Source of the DNA: Candidatus Poribacteria bacterium
Lineage (GTDB): Bacteria > Poribacteria > WGA-4E > WGA-3G
Length of the DNA: 64,000 bases
Direction of reading: 5' to 3'
Assembly (NCBI GenBank): GCA_965205015.1
Contig: OZ242029.1
Span: 448,001 to 512,000 of the forward strand
Shown: positions 37,939 through 47,917 of the stretch, one piece after another
Layout: every line of letters begins with the position of its first letter
Numbering within the stretch: position 1 is the first letter of the stretch
Notes under the pieces: generated by a model
Seen by the model: the letters and a program-made list of their open reading frames with translations, nothing else
Databases searched by the model: none
What the model was told of the DNA's origin: nothing
Translations under genes and position numbers: made by a program

Positions 37939-37991
37939 CTTTTCTCCTCTTTTAAAGTTTTACCTATAAACGTGATATTTTGTTGTCGTTT

Positions 37992-38046
37992 AAAAAAGAA
38001 AACACCCTCACCGAAACCCTGCTTTTATGACCTTCAGTGATGGGCG
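37992..38046 (-). terminator. Intrinsic terminator within the 5' leader of the DUF5916 gene (attenuator candidate)
   Basis: Minus strand cgcccaucacugaa...uucggugagggug followed by uuuucuuuuuu, 54 nt before the ATG. Confidence 0.65.
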
Positions 38047-38232
38047 CTATAGTGTGCAACTTAGAAACCGTTTTATCCGCTACTTATAAGCCCATCCCTG
38101 CACGACACATGGCAATAGTGCCTCGCATAATACCAAAACCAGTAAAGGCACAAAGGCAATTCTCATGCACCAATGGGGCAAACGACAGATAAAACATTTG
38201 ATAATCCTGCTTAGAATCCATATATGTTAAGT

Positions 38233-38262
38233 GTTATAGCACATTCTGCGGTTAGATGTCAA
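38233..38262 (-). promoter_or_regulatory. sigma70-type promoter about 295 nt upstream of the DUF5916 gene
   Basis: Minus strand TTGACA-18 bp-TATAAC with an extended TG. Confidence 0.6.
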
Positions 38263-38382
38263 GTCTATTTACGATTCCTATAGAATTCCTTAAAATAATT
38301 AACCTTCAATTTTTGGGAAAATTCACATTTTTTTCAAGAAAAACGAAGCAACTTCCAACTAAAGATAAGAGTAAAGTGAAGT

Positions 38383-38407
38383 GTCGGGAATCGGAGTTCC
38401 CTCCTAC
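38383..38407 (-). repeat. GTAG-type REP-like palindrome
   Basis: Minus strand GTAG-GAGGGAACTCCGATTCCCGAC. Confidence 0.5.
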
Positions 38408-38478
38408 AAGAAAATTTGACGGGACGACGGCAGTCGGTTATAATAACGTGAATTCGATAACTTGGAAGGTATTTTTCC

Positions 38479-39684
38479 ATGAAAAACTTGATGACGCGAA
38501 GGCTTGTCCTTCGTATATTTATAACCCTCCTGTTGACATTCAGCCTCCAAGGCATTGCAGACGCATTGGTCCCTGAGACTGTCGTTCCACAAGTGTTAAA
38601 GCGAACATCGCAATCAGTCCGCGAAGATGATACCGTTCCGGTAGCTGCAAAGGACGATCTCGCCATTAGCGAAATTATGTACACCACCGATACCAGTGGA
38701 CTTCCGCAGTGGATTGAACTTCACAACAGAAGCACACGAAGGGTCAGCCTTGAAGGGTGGGCAGTTACAATTGAAAATCACCCGGAAGATACATCTGTTC
38801 TCGCCACCGAACTCACCTTCACTTTAGGTGCGAAGATACTCAATGCTGACCAAGTCTTGCTACTTGTGACCGAGCAAGGTGCTAACTCTGGCGTTGGGGA
38901 GAAGCAGGGCGATATCCGAGCAGATGGCGTTCTTATCCTAAAAGACCGTATCGGAGGCACGCCAGGCTACCGCCTTTTGAGCCAAACCACCTTCAAAGTT
39001 ACCCTCACGGCACCGACTACTAAAAAAACCGCTCACAAGATACCGAGCGACATCGTGGGCAATCTCGGCGCAATACCTAAATGGGAACTTCCGCTAATTG
39101 AGAGAAACCAACGGAGTTCTATCATCCGAGTGTATGAGGGTAACGACACACCCGATGGGACAGCAGCAGACGGATGGAAACTTGCCACAGAAAAAAATCT
39201 TGGGTATCCGCAAGGCATAACCTACTACGGACACCGCAGCGATCACGGCACGCCGGGATATCGCGAACCTGATCCCTTGCCTGTGGCACTCTCTCACTTC
39301 CGTCCTGCGCGTGAAAGATCGAATAGTAGATTCCATTTGGCGCGTGAAAGGTTCACCGGCGCGCCCATTATTGCATGGATAACCGAATCCGAAACGAATA
39401 ACGCTGGATTCCTCATCAAGCGAAGTCAACACCGCGATGGCGAGCTCAAGATTATCAACGCGACCTTGATTCCTGGCGCAGGCACAACCCACGAGAAGCA
39501 ATCCTATACCTATACCGATACGACTGCGAGACCGAATGGCGTTTACTACTATCAACTTGAATGTGTCTCCATAGAGGGTACCCGGCGGACATTGACTCGC
39601 CCCATACGCCTCAAAGGACATGTTGGTCGTGCTGGTCGCATTTATGAGGAGGCTCCATTTTGGTGGAAAGATTTAAATCAGTAA
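38479..39684 (+). CDS. Secreted lamin-tail-domain protein with C-terminal Ig-like PLPVxLSxF domain
   Basis: ISEIMY...PQWIELHN LTD motif; PLPVALSHF...WITESETNNAGF...GAGTT...YTYTD...YYYQLE. Confidence 0.8.
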   Translation: MKNLMTRRLVLRIFITLLLTFSLQGIADALVPETVVPQVLKRTSQSVREDDTVPVAAKDDLAISEIMYTTDTSGLPQWIELHNRSTRRVSLEGWAVTIENHPEDTSVLATELTFTLGAKILNADQVLLLVTEQGANSGVGEKQGDIRADGVLILKDRIGGTPGYRLLSQTTFKVTLTAPTTKKTAHKIPSDIVGNLGAIPKWELPLIERNQRSSIIRVYEGNDTPDGTAADGWKLATEKNLGYPQGITYYGHRSDHGTPGYREPDPLPVALSHFRPARERSNSRFHLARERFTGAPIIAWITESETNNAGFLIKRSQHRDGELKIINATLIPGAGTTHEKQSYTYTDTTARPNGVYYYQLECVSIEGTRRTLTRPIRLKGHVGRAGRIYEEAPFWWKDLNQ

Positions 39685-39698
39685 GAACAGACTTCCAC

Positions 39699-41249
39699 AT
39701 GAAAACAAACAGAAAATTTGCCTTGGGCTTGCTGGCTTTAATAATTTTGTGTGCTTGTGCGCGGGCGCCTCAAGAGATTGAAGAAAAAAGCTTAGCACCT
39801 GCAGAACCTTCAAAATCGGAAGATGTGCGGAATTCTATCGTTCGTGTAGGAGGGAGAGATATCCATGCCACCGGCTTTTTTGTGACACGGAACAAGGTCG
39901 CAACGAACATTCACGTTATTGCACACCGCGAATTCGTTCTCGTACGATCGGTTGATGATGAGAAAAACTGGACTGTTGAAGGTGTTACTGCGTTTGATGC
40001 CAAAAATGACCTTGCTATCCTAAAAGTTGCGGAGGAGGGAACGCCGTTTCCACTTGGGGACAGCGATACGCTTCAGAGAGGTGAGACTGTATCCGCCGTT
40101 GGATACCCCAAAGGAAAATATACAGTCGCAGAGGGGACTTTGCATAGCGTCCGGGATAGCGATAAATGGCTTCAGATGAACGTTAAAATTTCTCCCGGCA
40201 ACAGCGGTTCACCTGTAATAAACAGGAAAGGGCAGGTCATAGGTATCGTCTCCGCATCAGAAGATCCCTACAGTTACGCCGTCCCTTCAAACGCACTGAA
40301 AGCACTCCTCACACAATCGGGTTCCGCTGAACCATTGGCACTCTGGCGAAAACGAGTACCTATCCACCCCTATGTATACGCCTCCCGAGGGACAAGGAAC
40401 TACTTTGAGGGTCGCTACGATGAAGCGATAGCTGACTTCAATAAAGTCATCGAACTAAACCCTGAGAATACCCATGCTTATTACAATCGAGGCCTTGCAA
40501 AATTCAGGCTCGGTGATATTGAATCTGAAAAAGGAAATACGGAGAAAGCCAGACAGTTATATGAGGCAGGAATTGCAGATAGCACACAAGCTATCAAACG
40601 AACCCCAGAGGATGCCAACGCCTACCACAATCGCGCAGGTGGAAAGTTCCGTCTTGCGCAATCGGAAACAGATACTGTAAAGGAACAACAGTACTATCGA
40701 GACGCTATTGATGATTGGACACGGGTTATTACCCTGAATCCAGAACTTGCCGATCCGTATAGCAATCGCGGTGCTGCGAAGGCTCTTCTTGGTGAATCTA
40801 AAGCAGATCAGGGAGATATCGCGGAGGTACAGGCATTATATGCGTCGGCGATTCAGGATTGCACGCAAGCGATACAACTCAACCCAGAGAACCCGGATCC
40901 ATATATTAATCGGGGGTATGCCCAGTTCCGCCTCGGTAAAACTAAGACGGATAAGGAAGCTACAGCGGGGGCAGAAGTGTTATACAGAGCCGCAGTCCGA
41001 GACTGCACACAAGCCATACAACTGAACCCAGAAAAAGATGCTGCCTACAGTAATCGGGGTGTTGCTAAAGCCGCCCTCGGTAACGCTGAAGACGCGATAG
41101 AGGATTTTGATGCCGCTATCCGACTTAACCCGGAGGAGGCAGAATACTTCCATGAGCGTGGGCTTGCAAAGGAGGCACTCGGGCAAACGGAAGAAGCCAA
41201 AGCAGATTTTCAAAAGGCTAAAGAACTGGATCCGGATGTAGGAAAATAA
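39699..41249 (+). CDS. Trypsin-like serine protease with TPR repeats (probable lipoprotein)
   Basis: Lipobox-like LCAC; catalytic ATNIHV / NDLAIL / GNSGSP; C-terminal TPRs. Confidence 0.88.
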   Translation: MKTNRKFALGLLALIILCACARAPQEIEEKSLAPAEPSKSEDVRNSIVRVGGRDIHATGFFVTRNKVATNIHVIAHREFVLVRSVDDEKNWTVEGVTAFDAKNDLAILKVAEEGTPFPLGDSDTLQRGETVSAVGYPKGKYTVAEGTLHSVRDSDKWLQMNVKISPGNSGSPVINRKGQVIGIVSASEDPYSYAVPSNALKALLTQSGSAEPLALWRKRVPIHPYVYASRGTRNYFEGRYDEAIADFNKVIELNPENTHAYYNRGLAKFRLGDIESEKGNTEKARQLYEAGIADSTQAIKRTPEDANAYHNRAGGKFRLAQSETDTVKEQQYYRDAIDDWTRVITLNPELADPYSNRGAAKALLGESKADQGDIAEVQALYASAIQDCTQAIQLNPENPDPYINRGYAQFRLGKTKTDKEATAGAEVLYRAAVRDCTQAIQLNPEKDAAYSNRGVAKAALGNAEDAIEDFDAAIRLNPEEAEYFHERGLAKEALGQTEEAKADFQKAKELDPDVGK

Positions 41250-41279
41250 CCACAGATAATAAGGTTAAGGTATCCATTT

Positions 41280-42848
41280 ATGAACACGAACAAAAAATCG
41301 TTATTGAGTTTACTGGCTTTAGTGATGCTCTTTTCCTGCACGCGGGAACCACGGCAATTGGTGTCCGAAAAAAAGTCGGTCCCGACAGAGTCCTCAGAAT
41401 CCCAAAGGATAAAAAAAGCTACATTATGTTTGATGAAAGAGGGAAGGCTTGTTGGTAGATGCTTCCTTGTGGCCCGTGACAAGATAGCGACGAACATTCA
41501 CATTATGGACAGTGTAGATCCTGTGTCTACACACGTAAGGAGCAGATACGCAACTTGGTCTATTCGGGGTGTGACAGCGTATGATCTGAAAAATGATCTT
41601 GTGATCCTAAAAATCTCGGATGGAGACACACCGCTTCCGCTGGGTGACAGCAATACCGTTCAGGATGGCGAGCCCATTTCTGTTGTTGAATACTCTGGTG
41701 TAATGGAACACAAAATCACAGAAGGAGTTATACACAGCGTCCGGAATACCGACAAATGGCTTAGGATGAAAATCGATGCCCCTCGTGGGACAAGTGGCAG
41801 TGCAGTGGTGAACAGCGAAGGAAAAGTCATTGGGGTCGTTGCTAGAGGGGATTCCTTTTATGTCTACGCGGCTCCATCGAATGCGTTGAAGACATTGCTT
41901 GCCCGTTCGGAATCAACAGAATCTTTGGCACAATGGCAACAGAGAGCACAAATATCCGCCCATCGCTACTGGACGCAGGCAAACCAGAAATACGGTGAAA
42001 AACGCTATGAAGAGGCGATCACTGACTTAGATAAAGCTCTTGCGTTAAATCCTGAATTTGTTGACGCGTACCACGGACGTGCCACTGTAAAACTTAGCCT
42101 CACTGCCTCTGAAATCAAGTCGGGAAATGCGAAAAAAGCACGCGATCTCTCCCAAGCAGCGATTGAAGATTTTGATGAGGCTATCAAATTAGACCCCGAA
42201 TACAGCATTGCTTACAGCGCACGTGGTGCTGCGAAAATCGAGGCTGCTAAGCTCGAATCCAGTACAGGAAATGAAAAGAAAGCACATGCTTTATATGCAG
42301 CAGCAATTGGCGACTTGACCCAAACCATCAGACTGGAACCGAAGGAGGTCGCAGCATACAGCTACCGTGGCATTGCGAAGGACTATTTTGCTAAATTTAA
42401 AGCAAATCATGGACATACGACCGAAGCACAGCAACTGTATGAAGAGTCAATCAGAGATCATACACAAGCAATACAATTAGATCCAGAGAATGCCTATGCC
42501 TACAACAATCGGGGATGTGCGAAATATTCCCTCGGGAAATTTGAAGCAGCGAAAGGAAATATGGAAAAAGCACGAAATCTATATGAAGCGGCGATAACAG
42601 ATAGTGACACCGCTGTAAAACTGTATCCGAATCGTTCTGAGCTCTACCATACCCGCGGTGCTGCAAAGGCAGCGCTTGGTAACTTTAAGGGAGCAATAGC
42701 CGACTTCGATAAAGCCATCGAGATGAATCCTGAAGACGCCGAGGCCTACTACGAGCGTGCCCAAGCAAAAGAAGCACTTGGGCAGAAGGAAGGCGCAAAA
42801 GCGGATTTTGAGAAAGCTAAGGAATTGGACCCAGATGTGGGAAAGTAA
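41280..42848 (+). CDS. Trypsin-like serine protease with TPR repeats (tandem paralog)
   Basis: Lipobox-like LFSC; ATNIHI / NDLVIL / GTSGSA; same terminal KAKELDPDVGK. Confidence 0.88.
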   Translation: MNTNKKSLLSLLALVMLFSCTREPRQLVSEKKSVPTESSESQRIKKATLCLMKEGRLVGRCFLVARDKIATNIHIMDSVDPVSTHVRSRYATWSIRGVTAYDLKNDLVILKISDGDTPLPLGDSNTVQDGEPISVVEYSGVMEHKITEGVIHSVRNTDKWLRMKIDAPRGTSGSAVVNSEGKVIGVVARGDSFYVYAAPSNALKTLLARSESTESLAQWQQRAQISAHRYWTQANQKYGEKRYEEAITDLDKALALNPEFVDAYHGRATVKLSLTASEIKSGNAKKARDLSQAAIEDFDEAIKLDPEYSIAYSARGAAKIEAAKLESSTGNEKKAHALYAAAIGDLTQTIRLEPKEVAAYSYRGIAKDYFAKFKANHGHTTEAQQLYEESIRDHTQAIQLDPENAYAYNNRGCAKYSLGKFEAAKGNMEKARNLYEAAITDSDTAVKLYPNRSELYHTRGAAKAALGNFKGAIADFDKAIEMNPEDAEAYYERAQAKEALGQKEGAKADFEKAKELDPDVGK

Positions 42849-42868
42849 ATAAGACGAGATTCAAGAAA

Positions 42869-42887
42869 GGGCGGAGTAACTCCGCCC
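42869..42887. terminator. GC-rich hairpin between convergent genes
   Basis: gggcggagt-a-actccgccc. Confidence 0.5.
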
Positions 42888-42901
42888 GATACTATCGGTA
42901 A

Positions 42902-44437
42902 TTACTGAACACGGAAGGCATACAGTTTGGCTCGGTTCAAGACAAAACGGAACCGTAAGGGTTGCTCAGCACTCGCCAACCTCGCCGATTTCCATTGCAC
43001 CGACTGCCGTATATTATCTTCTGTCATTGGAACACACGCATCAGCTGAAAATCCGGGTTGAACCCGTCCATCGGCTGTCAGCACTTCGACAGCAATCTGC
43101 CCACCGCTTGCATCCGCGTTAATCTCAAGCCCGCCGTCCGGAATTTGCAACGGAACGGTTTCAATGACACCACCCTCCGCATCAGCATCGAGCGAGACGA
43201 AACCGTCTAACCGCCACTTCGCGAGCCCAATCTCCTTGTGCCTGTCCTTCATCTGGGCACCGTGGGTATGGACGGTCCCTGTATAGTACCAGTGAATTTC
43301 ATCATCGGTGATGATCGGCTCTATCGCCGTTCCCATAATCATACCGGTGTCGAATGTGCCGCTTTCGCCGCGTGGAATAATCGGCGTCCGAATCGAATCC
43401 GGATACTCCCAATTAAACCCGTCTCGGCTACTAACGAGTTGCGCGTCAATCGGTCCGTCAATAGGAATCTCGTGCTCCGCTGCCCCGGGTCCCGTCACAT
43501 ACAATACCCCAACAAGCCCGATGTAGATATTGTGATAAAGGAAACCCGACATGTTGTGAATCTCAGCGCGATCCGCACCATATCGCTGCACACCGATTTC
43601 ATCGTCCTCAGCAGTTGCCCCGAACATCGGTTCGAGAGGTTTCCACGGTCCCTCCAAGCGCGGACTCTCGGTATACGCGATCATACGTCGCGCGTCTTTA
43701 TCGTCCCCGCGTATCAGCGCATAAGCCCGGAACATCTCTTTTTTGTTATCGTAGATTACGTTGAACGCACCCTCGTTGTCCCGATCTGCAACCGGTTCCA
43801 AGTAGTCTGAATCGTCCCATCGGATACCGTCGGGTGACGTGAGCAGAAAGATATTGCGATACCGTCTGCAAAAGCCGATCATCTTATACCGTCTCTGCGG
43901 ATCCGACGCCTCGTCATCACGGAAGACACACGCGCCGTGCAGATCCCACACGATATTGTTATTTGGGTTCCCGTTGAATTCAAAGAGTCCAAGATTCGGT
44001 TTCGCCCACGTCAGTCCATCCTCACTTTCTGCGTAGCAGGTGAGATCGCCGCGATCGTTTTCGACAAACTTCCGTCCGTAGGCATCATGGGTCTGTCCCC
44101 TATATGTTGAAGGGTTTCGGTCTGGACGTGGGACATAGAGTCCCGGAACCTCATTCGCCTCAAACCGCCAATGCGGTCCCATGCGACACATGTACCACAT
44201 CCGATACTTCCCGAATGCGGCATCGTACATCGTAGTGCCATAGAGATGCACACGTCTGGACTGATCTGGTCCGCCGTGTTCCCACGGATTGTCAGGATCA
44301 GGTTTAAGGACAGATACGTCATGTTTTACGCATTGATGCAGGGTGCGCGTCACGTTATGTTTAGCAGAGATCCGTGCGTCATCAACGAACAGTTCTGGGG
44401 TTCCGGTGTTAAGCGCGTGAACGGTATTTGAATTCAC
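42902..44437 (-). CDS. Five-bladed beta-propeller glycoside-hydrolase-like protein (GH32/GH43 clan-like)
   Basis: YRMWY, YAESEDGLTWAKPNLG, SPDGIRW, SRDGFNW and RLDGFVSL Asp-box-like motifs. GTG start follows GAGGA. Confidence 0.72.
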   Translation of the reverse strand: MNSNTVHALNTGTPELFVDDARISAKHNVTRTLHQCVKHDVSVLKPDPDNPWEHGGPDQSRRVHLYGTTMYDAAFGKYRMWYMCRMGPHWRFEANEVPGLYVPRPDRNPSTYRGQTHDAYGRKFVENDRGDLTCYAESEDGLTWAKPNLGLFEFNGNPNNNIVWDLHGACVFRDDEASDPQRRYKMIGFCRRYRNIFLLTSPDGIRWDDSDYLEPVADRDNEGAFNVIYDNKKEMFRAYALIRGDDKDARRMIAYTESPRLEGPWKPLEPMFGATAEDDEIGVQRYGADRAEIHNMSGFLYHNIYIGLVGVLYVTGPGAAEHEIPIDGPIDAQLVSSRDGFNWEYPDSIRTPIIPRGESGTFDTGMIMGTAIEPIITDDEIHWYYTGTVHTHGAQMKDRHKEIGLAKWRLDGFVSLDADAEGGVIETVPLQIPDGGLEINADASGGQIAVEVLTADGRVQPGFSADACVPMTEDNIRQSVQWKSARLASAEQPLRFRFVLNRAKLYAFRVQ

Positions 44438-44586
44438 GTCATTTCCTCGATGTGTCAGTAGATTCTTCTGGTAGCGTGTGTCTGGGCAGATCAATCCGTG
44501 ATACCAGACGATTAACAATCATGAGCTCAATGTAAACTATTATTCTGAGTTCCTCCGACTACAATGCCCAGCGTCTTGACAGACAA

Positions 44587-46143
44587 CTAATGAAGAGACG
44601 AGTTATCCAACTCGGTGAGCGATTGATTTTCTGCTTTGAGATAGGCGTTCGGATCATGATACAACGCCCCCTCCGGGAGCCATTCCCATAACGCCCCCAA
44701 ATCCCTACGTATCCAATCCACATAGAATTGTGGGAGTTCTCCCGTATCCCCATCAAAGAAGGCAAGGAATTGTTTATCGGCATCAAGTTGCCGGCGCACA
44801 TTATGGTACAACCGGGTTCGTTCATGCCCCGCCATGGCACGAATGACGTTCAGCCATCGCGGCATGAAGACCTCAACCGCCTTATAACGTCTAAAAATCG
44901 CTCTCGATGAAAAGGTGTAGTTGATCATATCAATGACACCATCATAGAACTCATCCCATTTGTAATTTTTCGGTTTCACATTCATCGCATGAACGTTGTT
45001 CAGGAAATGGAATGGAAAAGGGAGGACGCGTCCGTCGCGCTGGTATTCAAGATTGAGGGGTGCTGCTTGTCCATAGGCGGTGAGTAATGAATAGACGGGA
45101 TAGGCTCCGGGGGTCATCTCTACGAATAACTTTGTGAGGTCAAAGGGTTCTGGACCCTCATCAATATCAAGTCCAAACACAAAGTTTGTTTGGACGTAGG
45201 GAACGTATCTCAGCATCATATTAACCTGATCGGAAACCTGTCGGACCTTATTGAATCCGTGGTCCTTCCCCGTTTTCGATTTATTACCGAAGTCTGACCA
45301 GGACTCGATGCCAGGCAATATCGCCTTAAATCCATTTCGCTTGAGCCGCTTCATATGCGGTTCCGAGAGAAGAGACAGACTACTTTCGGCAATGAAGTTG
45401 ACGCTTCCTGGGGGCGCAGCTTCCTCAATGGCAGACATGTAATCATCAAATCGGATACCGAAGTTTGGGTCATGCCACGCGACGAGCGGTTTCTTAAATT
45501 TCTGTATGAGGAAACGCAGGTCTGCCTTGATCTCACCGAACTCCAGAGGTTGGTAGGGAACGACTGAATCAATACAAAAACTACACGTATACGGACACCC
45601 CATACTCCCGAGCATCGGTACACTCTTCAGCCATGGTGCTTTACGGAGGGTTAATTCTATGAACTTCCAACGCTCACGCACACCGGGCAGCGTTAAGGGT
45701 TGCCCTTGGGCTGAAAGATGAACGCCAATCGGACGATGCGCGGATCCGTCTTGTAAGAGATCTCGGATGATTGTTCGGTCAATGAAACCCAGAACGTAAT
45801 CGAAATACTTCAGGGCATCCTGTGGATAGCAACGCGCATGAGGTCCCCCAAGCACCGTGACAGCCCCTTTAGATCGGAAGAGATTGCTCAGTGCGTACGC
45901 CAATTGGGCAGCCAACGAAAAGGCACTTATGAAAACAATGTCAACATCATCAGGTAATTCTTCCTCTAAAGTTTCAATACCGGTATAACATACGTATGTG
46001 ACAGCGTATCCATCTTCTTCACACCATGCTGCAACAGCTTGAGGCATAATGCTTGCAAAATTAGCATTTACTGCCCGTTTCCACAAGTTCCGCTTGGAAC
46101 TATTGGTAACGAGGTCAATAACACCGACTTTAAGTTTTGGCAT
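44587..46143 (-). CDS. B12-binding-domain radical SAM protein
   Basis: N-terminal VLGGPHA; CPYTCSFC CxxxCxxC motif; NFVFGLD. ATG at 46143 follows GAAGGAAGGAG. Confidence 0.85.
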   Translation of the reverse strand: MPKLKVGVIDLVTNSSKRNLWKRAVNANFASIMPQAVAAWCEEDGYAVTYVCYTGIETLEEELPDDVDIVFISAFSLAAQLAYALSNLFRSKGAVTVLGGPHARCYPQDALKYFDYVLGFIDRTIIRDLLQDGSAHRPIGVHLSAQGQPLTLPGVRERWKFIELTLRKAPWLKSVPMLGSMGCPYTCSFCIDSVVPYQPLEFGEIKADLRFLIQKFKKPLVAWHDPNFGIRFDDYMSAIEEAAPPGSVNFIAESSLSLLSEPHMKRLKRNGFKAILPGIESWSDFGNKSKTGKDHGFNKVRQVSDQVNMMLRYVPYVQTNFVFGLDIDEGPEPFDLTKLFVEMTPGAYPVYSLLTAYGQAAPLNLEYQRDGRVLPFPFHFLNNVHAMNVKPKNYKWDEFYDGVIDMINYTFSSRAIFRRYKAVEVFMPRWLNVIRAMAGHERTRLYHNVRRQLDADKQFLAFFDGDTGELPQFYVDWIRRDLGALWEWLPEGALYHDPNAYLKAENQSLTELDNSSLH

Positions 46144-46165
46144 ATTACTCCTTCCTTCTACGTTT

Positions 46166-47917
46166 TCAATCACCTGCCCATAACTTCTGCATCTCTCTGG
46201 AGGAAGCGAGCAGTTCATCCAACGTCCCGACCGCCTCAACTCGCCCCTCTTTCAGCACAACGATCTGATCTGCGCGACGGAGCGCGGGACGCCGGTGAGA
46301 AACAACGAGGCAGGTCGATCGCGTCGTCTCAAAAAGGCGTTCCCATAGGGTCTGTTCCGTCTCAACATCAAGACCAGACGAAAGATCGTCAAAAACGAGA
46401 AGATCCGAGTCTCGCACGAACATCCGTGCCGCCGCAGTGCGTTGCATTTGCCCACCTGATAATTTTACACCGCGTGGTCCAACGATAGTATCGAGACCGT
46501 CTTCAAGTGTTGGCAGATCCTGCTCCATGACCCCGAGCCGGATCGCACGGTTTAGGGTATCCCAATCCCACGGTAAACCCATGAGGATGTTGGCACTCAG
46601 TTTTTCGCTGAAGAGTTTCGGTGTTTGCGGTGTATACGCGCAACGCGGTGGAACGAAAAACGACTTCGGGTCCTCAACGATTTCGCCGTTCCAGCGAATC
46701 TCGCCCCCCTGTTTCGGCAGAACCCCTAAGAGTGTTTGTACCAAGGTTGTTTTGCCTGAACCGATCTGCCCTGTAACAACGGTGAACGATCCAGCCGGAA
46801 TTTTTAAATCAACCGCAGCAATGCCCGCTGCGTCGCCGTCGTAACGGTAGGTGAGTCCAGAAACGGTCAGCTCATTCAGCCGATCCACCTCTCGCTTTTG
46901 AGGGACAATGAGCGGCGGTTGGTTTTCCCGTAAATATACCGGTGTGTGTTCGACTAATTTCTCCTCTGGCATCTCCTCAACGGTCTGCCCCATGCGGGAG
47001 TACGAAACCTCTGCGCGTTTGTGCTGTGCCATTATACTACCAACGAGTGACCCACTCCTGGCAACTTCACCAATATACGTGGTGAAAAGTGCGAAATCTC
47101 CAACTGTAAATTCCCCTGTCTGCATCTGTTCTGCAATCAGAATCAAAACCACGCCAGTAGCAAGATTGTTAATATTGAAACTAATGGATCGGAGGAGTTG
47201 ATTGAACACATTATCCACCACCGTTGCCTTGCGGCGCGCATCGTTCAGCTTCTGAAAATGGTCAATCACATTTTTCTCCGTTCGTGCAACCTTCACTGCT
47301 AAGATGGATTGGAACAGTTCGTTGATAAAATTAGTCGACTGTTCGGTGGTGACACGCTGTGCCGTACGATATCTTTGAATGAATCGCCGTGACACGTTGA
47401 CCACTGTGATAATCAGAATAAACGGGATAACCGTGATGAGTGTCACCGCTACGTCAATCTGAGCCATCCAGATGATCGCCAAGATCGCGAAAATAAGATT
47501 CCCCCATAAGTGAATATATTGTTCCAGATAACTTAAAATCGCCTGAACATCGTCACGGAGTCGATTTGTCGTTTCACCGGAGGCAGTTGACACATTATGC
47601 GGTGCCGACATGTTCATAATGGCGGTCATCAGGTTTTTTCGCAGGAGCGTTGAAACAGCGTAACGCCAACGCGCCCATACGAATGCTGAAGAGATTAGCA
47701 CACCTCGATCGGCAAGGTGCGCGACAACAAAGAGCGCAACGAATGTCCAAGCGTTGAATCCTACGCCCGATTCTCCAGTGAGGGCGTCAAAAAATCCCTT
47801 CCGAATCAGTCCCTCAAAGAATGGCATGAGGTCGTCCAATCCTCGGAAAAGGATGGTGCTGAGAAAGAGGACTGGACGGTAACGAATGAGACGAACGGAT
47901 GCTTGCCCTGTTGTCAC
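46166..47917 (-). CDS. ABC exporter, fused permease/ATPase
   Basis: [13 protein letters not shown] and the degenerate Walker B VFDD. Confidence 0.92.
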   Translation of the reverse strand: MTTGQASVRLIRYRPVLFLSTILFRGLDDLMPFFEGLIRKGFFDALTGESGVGFNAWTFVALFVVAHLADRGVLISSAFVWARWRYAVSTLLRKNLMTAIMNMSAPHNVSTASGETTNRLRDDVQAILSYLEQYIHLWGNLIFAILAIIWMAQIDVAVTLITVIPFILIITVVNVSRRFIQRYRTAQRVTTEQSTNFINELFQSILAVKVARTEKNVIDHFQKLNDARRKATVVDNVFNQLLRSISFNINNLATGVVLILIAEQMQTGEFTVGDFALFTTYIGEVARSGSLVGSIMAQHKRAEVSYSRMGQTVEEMPEEKLVEHTPVYLRENQPPLIVPQKREVDRLNELTVSGLTYRYDGDAAGIAAVDLKIPAGSFTVVTGQIGSGKTTLVQTLLGVLPKQGGEIRWNGEIVEDPKSFFVPPRCAYTPQTPKLFSEKLSANILMGLPWDWDTLNRAIRLGVMEQDLPTLEDGLDTIVGPRGVKLSGGQMQRTAAARMFVRDSDLLVFDDLSSGLDVETEQTLWERLFETTRSTCLVVSHRRPALRRADQIVVLKEGRVEAVGTLDELLASSREMQKLWAGD

